Source: Octopus bimaculoides (lineage: Eukaryota). From it: 64,000 nt of DNA. A program made the translations under genes and the position numbers. Within the stretch, counting starts at the first letter, position 1; each line of letters starts with the position of its first letter. Location: NCBI RefSeq assembly GCF_001194135.2, contig NC_068999.1, forward strand, positions 7,691,193 to 7,755,192, given 5' to 3'. Of this stretch, positions 27,333 through 39,633 are shown piece after piece. The notes beneath the pieces were generated by a model that searched no databases, was not told where the DNA came from, and saw only the letters and a program-made list of their open reading frames with translations.

Positions 27333-27950
27333 GGCGCAGGTGCGGCTGTGTGGTGCGTAGTTCACTTCTCAAAAATAACAGTTCTGGTTTCAGTCTCACT
27401 GCGCGGTTGTTTGAGCAGTGCATTTTACTATACCCGAGCATAGCCTTGTGAGTGGATTTGATTGACGGAAACTGGAAGAAGCCTGTTATATATATATATA
27501 TATATATATATATTTAATGAATGGAGTAAACGCATATTATAACTGCATACTTTTATTCCGACATATGTTTCGAAGAATTACAATTTATGCGATCCATAGG
27601 AATCGGCGATGTTAAAAATGTAAACTTCTCCTCAGGGAAATGTATGGGAACCAGCTTAAAGGTAAGACATTATAAACGAATATGAGAACTATAGTCGGAG
27701 AAGGTTATAACGTAATAATAATAATATATATATATATATATAAATATAACGGGTTGCACACACATGTATATATACATACATATGTACTTGTATACGTATA
27801 TGTTTGTATGCCTTTGTCGCCCACAACCAATTTACAACCGGTCGAGGGTTATTTACATCTCCGCAAAATTAAGTATCTGAGCCTATTTGTCCGACTAAAT
27901 CTCTTAAGGTGGTTCTCTAGAATGGAAGCATTTCATTGACTGAAACAAGC
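27333..27950 (+). mobile_element. SINE family A split by an insertion in its internal microsatellite
   Basis: Head ggcgcaggtgcggctgtgtgg at 27333 to about 27485; 3' half resumes at about 27795 and ends gactgaaacaag. Confidence 0.7.
27546..27646 (-). ncRNA. Minimal type I hammerhead ribozyme motif in a Penelope-like fragment
   Basis: Minus strand: cauac-auuucc CUGAGGA gaag...cuuc GAAA C-AUAU-G UC^ ggaa-uaaaa-guaug; all core nucleotides, stems I and II, palindromic stem III, GUC cleavage triplet. Confidence 0.75.
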
Positions 27951-28040
27951 TGGAGTTAAAAGCCTAATGCACTTAGAAATGTCAAAAAAAAATGGAATAA
28001 ATATCAAGTACTAAATACATTTTATTATTTCTGTCAAGCT

Positions 28041-28230
28041 AAGGCAGTGAGCTGACAGAATCATTGGCGCGCCGGGCGAAATGCTTAACGGTATTTCGCC
28101 AGTCGCTACGTTCTGAGTTCAAATTCCGCATTCACTATTCACCAGTTACCCAATTGGGTCGATGCAATATGGTGAATCCCCTCCCCCAAGCTGTCCTTTC
28201 GGCAAAAGTTTGAAATCATTACATTTCTGC
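28041..28230 (+). mobile_element. SINE family B
   Basis: aaggcagtgagctgacagaatcattggcgcgccgggcgaaatgc...gagttcaaattccgc. Confidence 0.8.
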
Positions 28231-28609
28231 TAATAAGTTTACAAATGAATTCGTTTTCTTTCTCTCCCTCACGACACACACACACACACACGCACACACG
28301 CACACACGCACACACATATATATATGTTTGTGAGTGTGGTATGTGTATGTGTGTATAAGTAATTGATATCTTCGTTCATTAAAATTTCCCATTTAATGGT
28401 TGTCTAATCATAATAAATTCAGCTACCTGATAATTAACTCTAATTAGGCGAAATAATTGACAGGTCTAACGTTTTTAATTTCACCGAGTCATATCTATAA
28501 GATATGCGATTTAAAAAAGATGATTCTGTTTTATGGAAAGATTAACAGATATTAACATAATTCCTTGTATATTAAAATGCATCATAACCAATTAATGGTG
28601 TCGAGGTGT

Positions 28610-28830
28610 CTTAATGAATAAACCGTTAGCCTGTCGGACAAATATCTTCCGCATCTTCGCTTTCTAAGTTCAAAATTCCAGTGAGGTCGATTTTTCCGTT
28701 CATACTTTCGGTATCGATAAAATACGTACTAGGTCGATAAAACAAGTGTCAGCAGAGCAATGGAATCGATGTAATCGATGTATCCTCTTCCTCTGAAATC
28801 GTTAGCCTTGTGCCAACATTGAAGTTAAAT
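28610..28830 (+). mobile_element. SINE family B (decayed)
   Basis: gaggtcgatttttccgttcatactttcggtatcgataaaat...ccttgtgccaacattgaa. Confidence 0.65.
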
Positions 28831-28869
28831 TAATAAATTTGGTACGAAAGTTATTTTATAAAGAAAAGA

Positions 28870-30060
28870 AAGAAAAAATATAGAAATTTTAATGGTTATC
28901 ATATTTCAAAGAATTATTTTTGTATCATTTCTTCTACCTATGGGCATCGGAGCATGACAGTTGTGATTTAGTTACTTATAATTCGAAGGAAACGTCAATC
29001 ATTTGATAAAAGCGAGGCGTTTCCTTTGAAGGTGATTTATCGACACATTTCACCTATCTTTATCATTGTTGTTCCTAAAGGCAGGGTATTAGGATGCTTT
29101 TCCAGTCCACTGCTTGCTGTAGAGCTGATAGTGCTGAACAAAAGACAATATCAGATATATTTTGTGTGCATTCGTTCTGAGGGACGATGGCTACTCAATT
29201 TCATTGATTTATTTGTAAAGACACTCCGTTTGAAACTGAAGATCTCACAATGACAATGATAAATAAGTTTTTTGCCCGGCAGGGGATGTGGAAATGCATG
29301 TCGGTTGTATCTAAAATATTTATTCACACTATATTTACAAATGCACATACACATAAAAACATGTAAATATAATTCTAAAATGTTTTAGTTTTTATGTTTA
29401 TAAATAAATTCTTTTCCCTGATATCTATCAATTTAAGATTAATTGATATTTGCGTACATTACAATTTTTCCATGTGGTAATTTTGTAATTATCTCATCGT
29501 TTATAAATTCATCTGCCAGATAATTAACATTAATTAGACAAAATCATTGACAAATGAACTAAAGTTTTATATAAAAATTGAAATTTAAAATCAATTATTA
29601 TTTTTTATAGAATAATTAAAACATATCAAAATAATTATTGTTGTTAATTCACAATATATTAAAATAATTCGTCGGAAATTAATAGTTGAATTAATAATTG
29701 CGGTGTGAGAATTACTTCATAACGAAAAGAATGGAATATTAATGATTAATGTTTCAAAGTGTTTTGCATTATTTCTTCGCTATATGACCACAATATTAGC
29801 TACATACAATTCGAAGGAAACGACTCACTTTGAGTAAAAGAGAGTTATTTCCTTTGAAGGATGTTTATCTACACATTCCACCCATCTCTGATGCTTGTGG
29901 CTCAACGCAGAGTAAGCTGCTTTACCCGTCTATCCACTGTCATTTATAGCCTTAAACAATGGGCAATATCACATGTAATATATTTTGCAGGCATTTTTAC
30001 TCTAATAGAGAACGAAGGACAATCAATCATGTTGATATTAACAGCACAAACACACGACAT
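28870..30060. repeat. Old direct duplication (~350-400 bp unit, ~830 bp offset) with a conserved hairpin core
   Basis: aattcgaaggaaacg...tttcctttgaagg..tttatc.acacatt.cacc.atct at ~28979 and ~29808; homology extends on both sides. Confidence 0.75.
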
Positions 30061-31591
30061 GAAAGAGAGGAACTACATTTGGATCCTCCAAATGTGACCT
30101 CCGTTTATTATTTGCTGATACAATGCACCTAGTACTACATGGACAACTAATTATCAGCTTCGATGCAATGTAGGACAAAATGCCTCGCTGTATTTGTTCC
30201 AGCTCGCAGCATCGTTGAAATTCCACCGAAGTTAATTTCTTCCGTACATCCGTTCGGAGTTGATAAATGAAGTACCAGCCCAGGGCAGTAAATTGACTAA
30301 ATTGTTAGAGCGTCGAAGAAAATACCTTGTGACATTTACTCCATTTCTTCTAATTCTCAGTTCCCTACCGGTTGATCTCATCTTTGATACCATTGGCATA
30401 TATCTTGATTAAATATATAATAGAAACGTAAATAGATGGTAAGGCGTGATTTCAAGGTTTTGTTGGTATCTCTAGCAAATCCGGCTCTGACTAAGACTTT
30501 TCCTCGTTGGTTCGTATCACAATTATTATGTGAACTAAAGAAAGGAAACTCAACCATGCGGTAACCTCTATATGCACTCTAATCTATTATATCTCTCCGG
30601 GATGTCTCCTTTAGAGCTCTTGCCTGCTGGATGTGTTGTCACATGCTCAGTGAACTACCACTTAAATGTTAAAATAAACGACCGTTCGACGTGTCAAGCA
30701 AGCTAACTCTGCATTCACTCAACAATATACAATTATCTCAAAGTAAAGTAATACAAATAAGTTTAAATGTTTTTGTATTTTTCTCAATTAGTTTGTGTTC
30801 TTCGTTTCTTTTTCACAAACAGGATGCAAAATCTCTTTGCAATGCTGAAGTACAAACATAGAAAACAAATATACGAATATACGGAGCCAATCTAGATACA
30901 TTTTGATTTATGATATGTCACCTATGGTCTTCAGAAGAAAAACTATTCAAATACGATTTTTCTACAATAAAACCTAATTCTTTGGTGATATTTGTGTTTT
31001 TCATTCGTTCTGGAATGAAATTATATTACAGACACAAGTATTGACAAAGAAGATTAGGCGCTTCGTCTATCCTAAAACTACAGAAATAATACAAATAGAA
31101 AAAATAAACAATACATTTAATGATGTTAGATTAAAACTTCTTAGATACAGAAAGTATGTGTATGTGTATATGTGTGTGTTTTAAATATATATGTGTACAT
31201 ACTCACCCACTTAAATACTTCATTTTCTTTTCTTATTGGAAACCACTAAAGCAAACGAGCAACAAATATCATAAGAATATGAAATAACAAACAAAAGTAA
31301 GTATACAAAATCAAAGAAACCCGAATCTTACTTTGAGGATTTTCGCTAAATCATAAAGAATCTCTCGATATATTAAAGCATCAAGAAATGTTTGATCAAA
31401 ACAAAAGTTCGACTCCAGAATAAATCGATTTTATCAAAAAATTTGGTAAAAGTAAAATTATAATCGATACAACACCAACAACAGGGGAATTGGCAATATT
31501 ATGGTAAAGGTATGGAGAATAAAGGAAACTATGATACAAACGCACTCACTATGCAAACATTGCGGGGGACGGAACTACAAGATGTATTCTG

Positions 31592-31765
31592 ATATGGGCT
31601 ACAGCAGGCATTGTACTCAATACTATAAATTTGTGTCTCAGTTGCTTGACCTTAAATAGCTGAGCATGTCCCTTAATGACTGACGATATGTGCATATCTG
31701 ATCACGGGCTTGAATAGTTGGGGGTGCATCATAGCAATGTGTTGGAAGGGATTTATTCGGTTACT
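31592..31765 (+). mobile_element. SINE-like family C fragment
   Basis: gggctacagc...gttgcttgacc...gagcatgtcccttaatgactgacgatatgtgcat...catcatagc; family recognised from recall only. Confidence 0.5.
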
Positions 31766-31809
31766 ACTAGTACTACTACTACTACTAATGATAATAATAA
31801 TAATAATAA

Positions 31810-32011
31810 TCCTTTCTACTATAGGCACAAGGCCTGAAATTTGAATGAGGGGGGTACGTCGATTATATCGACCCCAGTACTCAATTTATCGACCCCTAAA
31901 GGATAAAAAGAAAGTCTACCTCGGCGGAATTTGAACTCACAACGAAAGGACTAGTGAAATGCCACTAATAATTTTGCCCAGCGTGCTAACGATTCTGCCA
32001 GCTCACGGCCT
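31810..32011 (-). mobile_element. SINE family B, near full length
   Basis: aatcctttctactataggcacaaggcctgaaattt...gcgtgctaacgattctgccagctcacggcc. Confidence 0.85.
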
Positions 32012-32014
32012 TAA

Positions 32015-32064
32015 TGATAATAATAATAATGATGATGATGATGATGATGGTGGTGATGATGATG

Positions 32065-32147
<83 letters not shown>

Positions 32148-32190
32148 AAGAAGAGGAAGACGAAGAATAATTATGATGATGATGATGAAG
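32015..32190. repeat. (GAT)n/(TAA)n/(GAA)n trinucleotide arrays
   Basis: Seen directly. Confidence 0.95.
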
Positions 32191-32396
32191 GACTTTCCTG
32201 TCAAAAACGACGTATGAGTGTTCAGCTATTTTGCCGAACAACCTGTACAAATGATTTGTTTAGAATGAATCAATACATTATATGAAGGCAACTGGAAGAT
32301 TGCAGACGATGATGAGATCGAATACGTTTTGTTAACGTATGTAGCAGGGGAAACATATGGTGTTAGTAAAGATATTTCAATTAGATACAGACATAC

Positions 32397-32503
32397 GTGA
32401 AGACAACACTTGACTGGTTCGTTTGAAGGAGGAAACCATCTTAAACCGGTAATACTATAAGAAACTTCAATTGTTAAAAGCTTCACATCCGTAACCTGAC
32501 TTT
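32397..32503 (-). CDS. Candidate internal exon with FN3-like N-terminal strands
   Basis: ttttgtcaactgtag|...|gtatgt; 107 nt, phase 1 to 0; SQVTDVKLLTIEVSYSITGLRWFPPSNEPVKCCLH; resemblance judged by eye only. Confidence 0.25.
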
Positions 32504-33169
32504 CTACAGTTGACAAAACCTTTTATCTTTCGTAATATCACAGAGAAGAACTTCGTTGTGGCGGTAGAGGTAGTAATTTGTAAGAAATCAGAAGATTTAC
32601 TGCACCAGCTGCGAAACTATCGGTAATGGTCGATTACTAATCTGGGGAAACTATAACCGTACCGGAAGGAAAAGAATGATTCGAGTAAGGCATAGATGAC
32701 TAGATTCAATAACAGAACGCTTTTGACTATGGTCTACTCATGCGGATTCCAAAGTAGCACAAGTAATAAGCATGTGAGTGTGTGCGTATGTGTGTGTGTA
32801 TGTATGTATGTGTGTATGTATGTATGTATGTATGCATATATGTGTATGGGTATGTCTGTACAACGTGGCCGAAAGGGTGTGAGAAAAGTACAAATTTATA
32901 ACATTGAAAGCATCGTTTACGATGACGTTTCTGGTGCACACACACACACACACACAAATANNNNNNNNNNNNNNNNNNNNNNNNNNNNNNNNNNNNNNNN
33001 NNNNNNNNNNNNNNNNNNNNNNNNNNNNNNNNNNNNNNNNNNNNNNNNNNNNNNNNNNNNNNNNNNNNNNNNNNNNNNNNNNNNNNNNNNNNNNNNNNNN
33101 NNNNNNNNNNNNNNNNNNNNNNNNNNNNNNNNNNNNNNNNNNNNNNNNNNNNNNNNNNNNNNTATATAT

Positions 33170-33568
33170 GGGCACAGGAGTGGCTGTGTGTCAAGTAGCT
33201 TGCTTCCCAACCACATGATTCCGGGTTCAGTCCCACTGCGTGGCACCTATCTCTAGTGTCTTCTACTATAGCCTTGTGCCGACCAAAGCTTTGTGAGTAA
33301 ATTTAGTAGACGGAAACTGAAAGAAACTCTTCGTATATATATATGTATATCTGTGTGTTTGTGTGTATGTGTTTGTCCACCCAACATCACTTGACAGTCG
33401 ATGCTGGTGTGTTTATGTCCCCGTAAACTAGCGGTTTGGCATAAGAGACCGATAGAATAAGTAGTCAGATTACATAGAATAATTCCTGGGGCCCTTTTGC
33501 TCGACTAATATCGGTGCTCCAGCATGGCTGCTGTCAAATGACTGAAACAAGTAAAAGAATAAAAGAAT
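33170..33568 (+). mobile_element. SINE family A, full length
   Basis: gggcacaggagtggctgtgtg through internal (TA/GT)n to gactgaaacaagtaaaagaataaaagaat. Confidence 0.9.
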
Positions 33569-33584
33569 ATACACAGGCACACTT

Positions 33585-33960
33585 CGGTCATGACTGACCA
33601 TGGGATTGTACCTAGAGTGTTCCATCTGAGGCACAAATTCGGGCAAGGTTGTTTATAGAAAACCAGCAGTCACCCATGCATACCAGCGTCCTCTCTCCAC
33701 GCCTCCCAGTGTCATCCAAGGAAAAGGCAAAGGCTGATTCAGCTTGGCCCCAGTGACGTCCCAACACATTTCTATAGCTAACTGAACTGAAATACAATTC
33801 CTAGCTCGAGAACACAACACACTGCTCGGTTCACGAATCGAACTCATGGCTCACTGGTTAGAAGGTCGTGCTCACAATCACACACACACACACACACACT
33901 CACACACACACATATATATATATAATTGTGAGCACGACGCTCTAACCACTGAGCCATGAT
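33585..33960 (-). mobile_element. CORE-type tRNA SINE with rearranged head
   Basis: catttctatagctaactgaactg...ctagctcgagaacacaac resembles the MIR/CORE domain on the minus strand; head ctctaaccactgagccatg at 33940-33958. Confidence 0.6.
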
Positions 33961-33984
33961 TCCTGGACCGGGCAGTGTTTTGTT

Positions 33985-34165
33985 ATACACCACAGGGTTA
34001 ACAAGTTTGTTTCAGTTTCCGCCAACCGAATTCACGCAGAAGACTTTCGACAAAAGACCGAGGTTATAATAGAAGACACTTACTTCCCCAAGGTGGCACA
34101 CAGTGGGACTGAACCCAGAACCCTGTGGATGGGAAGCAAACGTCTTACCACACAGCCTATGCAAA
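33985..34165 (-). mobile_element. SINE family A 5' half
   Basis: ttcagtttccgccaaccgaattc...ccaaggtggcacacagtgggactgaacccag...cacacagcc. Confidence 0.8.
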
Positions 34166-35469
34166 TGTGCGTCTATGCAGACCAGGCTGTACCTGTTGTT
34201 GCGCGAGCTATCACTTCACAGTGTCCATGGAAACAGTGGCTGTGATAATAACAATGGGTGAATGCAGCGACAGCAGCAGCAGCAGCAGCAGCAGCATTAA
34301 CCATTCCCTGAGTGATATGACAGTGATCATTCAGGTTACAGCAGGGGCGGTGGGGGTTGATTTTAATATGAATGTTGCCTATGCTTGGAGATTCTAGAAA
34401 TGTGAAAAGTTTGACAGTAACATGAAAATGGCGGGCACACCGACGATAAACTACATTAATTCATTATGGAAGTTACAAAGTTCATAAAAATATTATAGAC
34501 AGATAAAGACATAAAAAAAACATTAGTAGTGTCTGCAGTATTGCAGCAACAACAATACAATATATGAAACGCACTTATGTATATGTGTGTGTGTGTACAA
34601 ATAAATATATTCATATATACATACATATATATATATATANNNNNNNNNNNNNNNNNNNNNNNNNNNNNNNNNNNNNNNNNNNNNNNNNNNNNNNNNNNNN
34701 NNNNNNNNNNNNNNNNNNNNNNNNNNNNNNNNNNNNNNNNNNNNNNNNNNNNNNNNNNNNNNNNNNNNNNNNNNNNNNNNNNNNNNNNNNNNNNNNNNNN
34801 NNNNNNNNNNNNNNNNNNNNNNNNNNNNNNNNNNNNNNNNNNNNNNNNNNNNNNNNNNNNNNNNNNNNNNNNNNNNNNNNNNNNNNNNNNNNNNNNNNNN
34901 NNNNNNNNNNNNNNNNNNNNNNNNNNNNNNNNNNNNNNNNNNNNNNNNNNNNNNNNNNNNNNNNNNNNNNNNNNNNNNNNNNNNNNNNNNNNNNNNNNNN
35001 NNNNNNNNNNNNNNNNNNNNNNNNNNNNNNNNNNNNNNNNNNNNNNNNNNNNNNNNNNNNNNNNNNNNNNNNNNNNNNNNNNNNNNNNNNNNNNNNNNNN
35101 NNNNNNNNNNNNNNNNNNNNNNNNNNNNNNNNNNNNNNNNNNNNNNNNNNNNNNNNNNNNNNNNNNNNNNNNNNNNNNNNNNNNNNNNNNNNNNNNNNNN
35201 NNNNNNNNNNNNNNNNNNNNNNNNNNNNNNNNNNNNNNNNNNNNNNNNNNNNNNNNNNNNNNNNNNNNNNNNNNNNNNNNNNNNNNNNNNNNNNNNNNNN
35301 NNNNNNNNNNNNNNNNNNNNNNNNNNNNNNNNNNNNNNNNNNNNNNNNNNNNNNNNNNNNNNNNNNNNNNNNNNTATATATATATATATATGTATATATA
35401 TATAGCAAATGTACATTAACTACAGGACATCACCAACAAGTGGAAAATACGTAAACACACGAGAGATAA

Positions 35470-35700
35470 GTAGAGGAAAAATACCAAATAAAGATAACTC
35501 GCTCGTCAGTTGTCGACTGTTTCACTACTGCCTAGTTCGTGCTTTTAACAACAAGATAGGAAGACGTTATATGACAGCAGCATCCAGAAATCTTTAAAAT
35601 ATTAAATTTGTGGAGAGTTAGGACTTAGAACGAACAAAAATCAACAGAGTGAACCTACAAAGGAAACAATCGACGGAGACAAACATTAAGGGCCGTTAGG
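35470..35700. mobile_element. Penelope-like non-autonomous fragment (tentative)
   Basis: aggaaaaataccaaataaagataactcgctcgtcagttgtcgactgtttcac; carries both hammerhead half-cores in a non-functional order; family assignment from recall. Confidence 0.35.
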
Positions 35701-35744
35701 CCAAGACAAAGTGTAATGGGTAACCCTTGGTAGAAGCTTTTAAA

Positions 35745-35874
35745 GGAAATTTGGTTCCGGGTTCAGTGTGGCACTTTGGGAAAGTGGCTTCTACTGTAGA
35801 CTCGGACCGACCAAAACCTACCAACCAAAGCCTTGTGAGTGGATTTGGTAGACAGAAACTGAAAGACACCTGTC

Positions 35875-35919
<45 letters not shown>

Positions 35920-36110
35920 TATATTTGTGTGTGTGTGTGTGTGTAGTTGTGTCTGCGTTTGTACCCGTCTTTTTGACGTTTGACATTTCGTCGGTTTATT
36001 TACGTCCATTTAACGTAGCGGTTTGTCAACAATATTCAATGAAATAAGTAGTATCAGATTTTATCGACTAAATCTTTCAAAGCATTACCCCCAGAATGAC
36101 CGAAGTCAGA
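35745..36110 (+). mobile_element. SINE family A
   Basis: ggttccgggttcagtgtggcactttggg...ccaaagccttgtgagtggatttggtagac; 3' half follows the microsatellite. Confidence 0.75.
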
Positions 36111-37339
36111 TGAGTGAAAGAGAAAGTAAAAAACAAAAAAAAAAACAGAATACACAAATACATACACACACACACATATATTGAAAGAAAGAAAATGGAG
36201 ACAGATGGATATATGAATAATTTATTTGTGATAAAAGGATGTTGACATTTTTTTAGATAATCATACAAATATATACTGGGAACGATATTATTTTTAACTG
36301 CATGGGGTAGAACCTCTTCAGGGTTATTATGAGTCTATAGATCAAAGGTTAACATATTTCTTCAAAGGATGCATACGAAATAGTAACAAGTTTAAGAAGT
36401 TAGATCCTAGATATAATATGAATGTCTGTAGGTGGTGCGTTACACATGTTAGTGAAGATGCCATATAGTAAAGAACGTAAATAAAAATTAGCAAAAAAAA
36501 TTAGCAAAAGAATTAGCAAAAAAACCCCATTGAAATAACCTAAAAGAATAAAGGATAAAGAAAGAAGATTAGAAGCATAAGAAAATCAATAATTAATAGA
36601 AATTAAAGAAAGATATACATGTGTGTAAAAGATATATTGTATAAAGTGGGTCTAACATCGTCAAATTGACTATATCTATATATGTATATGTATATATATN
36701 NNNNNNNNNNNNNNNNNNNNNNNNNNNNNNNNNNNNNNNNNNNNNNNNNNNNNNNNNNNNNNNNNNNNNNNNNNNNNNNNNNNNNNNNNNNNNNNNNNNN
36801 NNNNNNNNNNNNNNNNNNNNNNNNNNNNNNNNNNNNNNNNNNNNNNNNNNNNNNNNNNNNNNNNNNNNNNNNNNNNNNNNNNNNNNNNNNNNNNNNNNNN
36901 NNNNNNNNNNNNNNNNNNNNNNNNNNNNNNNNNNNNNNNNNNNNNNNNNNNNNNNNNNNNNNNNNNNNNNNNNNNNNNNNNNNNNNNNNNNNNNNNNNNN
37001 NNNNNNNNNNNNNNNNNNNNNNNNNNNNNNNNNNNNNNNNNNNNNNNNNNNNNNNNNNNNNNNNNNNNNNNNNNNNNNNNNNNNNNNNNNNNNNNNNNNN
37101 NNNNNNNACATATATGCATATTTATATGTGTCTGTGTTTGTGTGCGTGCGTGCTTACGTGTGCGTGTGTTCTATCAAAACGGCGAATTCAACAAAATTCC
37201 GTTATTTTTTATCGATTGAAAACACACCTTTCAATAGACCAAATCTGTTCAATGATGTATGTCAACGCAGTTGATGACTTCACAAAAGAATAGGTTATTA
37301 ATGCCTTATCTATGTGTTTCTTACTGCTTTTCTCTTACG

Positions 37340-37530
37340 GTGTGTCGCTTTGGCGGAATCGTTAGCGAGTCCGACAGGAACGTTTACCATTATTTCTTCC
37401 AGCTCATTACTTTCAATGTATAAAAACTCCGCAAGATCAACCTTATCTGTCACCCATTCTGTGTCGATAAATTAAAGTACGAGTCAAGTACCGAGGTCGG
37501 TGTAATCTACTTCCACCTCGCTTCAAATTA
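37340..37530 (+). mobile_element. SINE family B (decayed)
   Basis: ggcggaatcgttagcgagtccgac...gataaattaaagtac...gaggtcggtgtaatc. Confidence 0.6.
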
Positions 37531-38028
37531 ATCGCCGTTCAACAAAATTAAAAAGAACAATTACTATTATACGCACATATATACTATGCATATATAAAAA
37601 TATTTACACATATCTAAATATATCTATGTATATGCCATACGCCCACGCACACGCTTGAATGTATATATTTTATACGGCATACAATATGCAGCAAAACGTA
37701 AGTTATGGGAGTGTAGAGGCCATTGTAATGAGGCAATCCTATACACGTCTACCTGAATAAAGAGATACTGCAAACCATCTGGAAAAAAACAATCTCTGTT
37801 TAATTGCCTGGAGATGGGGCTAGACATCTATTTTAATACTTGAATTATAAATAAAATCCAGCGATGAGTGCTTCTTTCTTGTCTCTCACCCTCCAACTTA
37901 GGTTTTCACTATGCATGGACATATCTGTCTATCAATATATATGTAAGTACATGTGGATACATACATGTACACGAACACACACAGACACACATACAAACAC
38001 ACAAACACAGATACAGACACAGACACAG

Positions 38029-38060
<32 letters not shown>

Positions 38061-38244
38061 GTGCACGTGTGTGTATGTGTGTGTGTACAGATCTGGGTAG
38101 CTTTGCTCCTCGTAAATTATTTCAATACTTGAAACAACTTTTATTTCTTTAGCTATTTGCACAGCAACATACACAACGCAAAATTTAATTGCTTTCAAAC
38201 ATTTTCACAGCAGAAGTAAATTCGGCGGGAGTGCTCAATTGGTA

Positions 38245-38380
38245 CTTATTTTATCGTACCTGGAAGTATGAACGGCAAAGTAGACCTCGGTGAAATTTGA
38301 ACACAGAACGTAAGGAAGGATGAAATGCCGCTAAGCACTTTACCCAATGTACCAACGATTCTGCCAGGCTCGCCACCTAA
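38245..38380 (-). mobile_element. SINE family B
   Basis: gtagacctcggtgaaatttgaacacagaacg...aacgattctgccaggctcgccacc. Confidence 0.8.
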
Positions 38381-38416
38381 ATAAATAGATATATNNNNNN
38401 NNNNAATAAATAAATA

Positions 38417-38501
<85 letters not shown>

Positions 38502-39190
38502 GTAATAATACTCTCTTTATAGGTCATGACAACTGTATACAAAACATAATGGACAATATACAGACGAGGAACAGTGAGATTATACGTGTAAACATCAAAA
38601 CACAACAGTTAAGAAGGAAAATTATGTATGTAACGAAGTAAACAATACACCACGCATGTATATATATATATATATATATACAAATATATACATACGTACA
38701 TATAATAATAAAATAAACATATATGTATATATGCATATATATATACATACGTATGTATATGTANNNNNNNNNNNNNNNNNNNNNNNNNNNNNNNNNNNNN
38801 NNNNNNNNNNNNNNNNNNNNNNNNNNNNNNNNNNNNNNNNNNATATATATATATATATATATATATATAACAGTATATATGTATATATGTATACATGTAA
38901 CCGTCTTTACGTTGGCCGGTCACTTAACTTTATTTTTTAAGACAATGCATCATCAATTTGGTTAACGTTACCACAATTTATTTATACAAACGTCTAATAA
39001 TCAGATAACTTCTCTAAAAGTATTGGGATATGTTAATGGGCGTTTACAAGAAACACCATCTGAGAATGTTGTGACGAGCTGTGGATCAATGCCAAGTCAT
39101 CTACATACGTCTATTTTCGTACGTTGAAGCTCTTCCCCGAGATCATATATTTCCGCGCTCGTGTCTTAATTTACCGACATCGCCGTGGCG

Positions 39191-39221
<31 letters not shown>

Positions 39222-39597
39222 GTTGCTGTAGTTGTTATTATTATTAGTACTGGTTGTAGTATTTCTGTTGTTATTATTATCATTATTATTATGAAAGTAA
39301 TAAATCAGATAGCTGTTTGGTATTACGATTGCAATGTTAACACATTTAATTTTCCGATAGAAAGGAAAGTATATATATATATAACTATTAGAGACGAACA
39401 CACAACCACAGAGACCAGCCACACACACACTCACACACACAAACAAATACAAAGAAATACCAGAACACGTGAGCGAACACACATACACACGCAAAACCAC
39501 TCACACACACTGACACTTATGCTCTCATGAATTTAGGCACAACTATACAGAAATAGATGTAAGCTATGAAGAGATTCATATACGCAAACACGCAGAC

Positions 39598-39633
<36 letters not shown>

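Noticed and set aside
34175-34460. Open minus frame with poly-Ala and His/Cys-rich content
   Set aside because: Driven by a (CAG)n repeat; no recognisable domain
35490-35530. GAAA and CUGACGA half-cores on minus; similar at 52230-52285
   Set aside because: Order and spacing cannot form stems I and III intramolecularly
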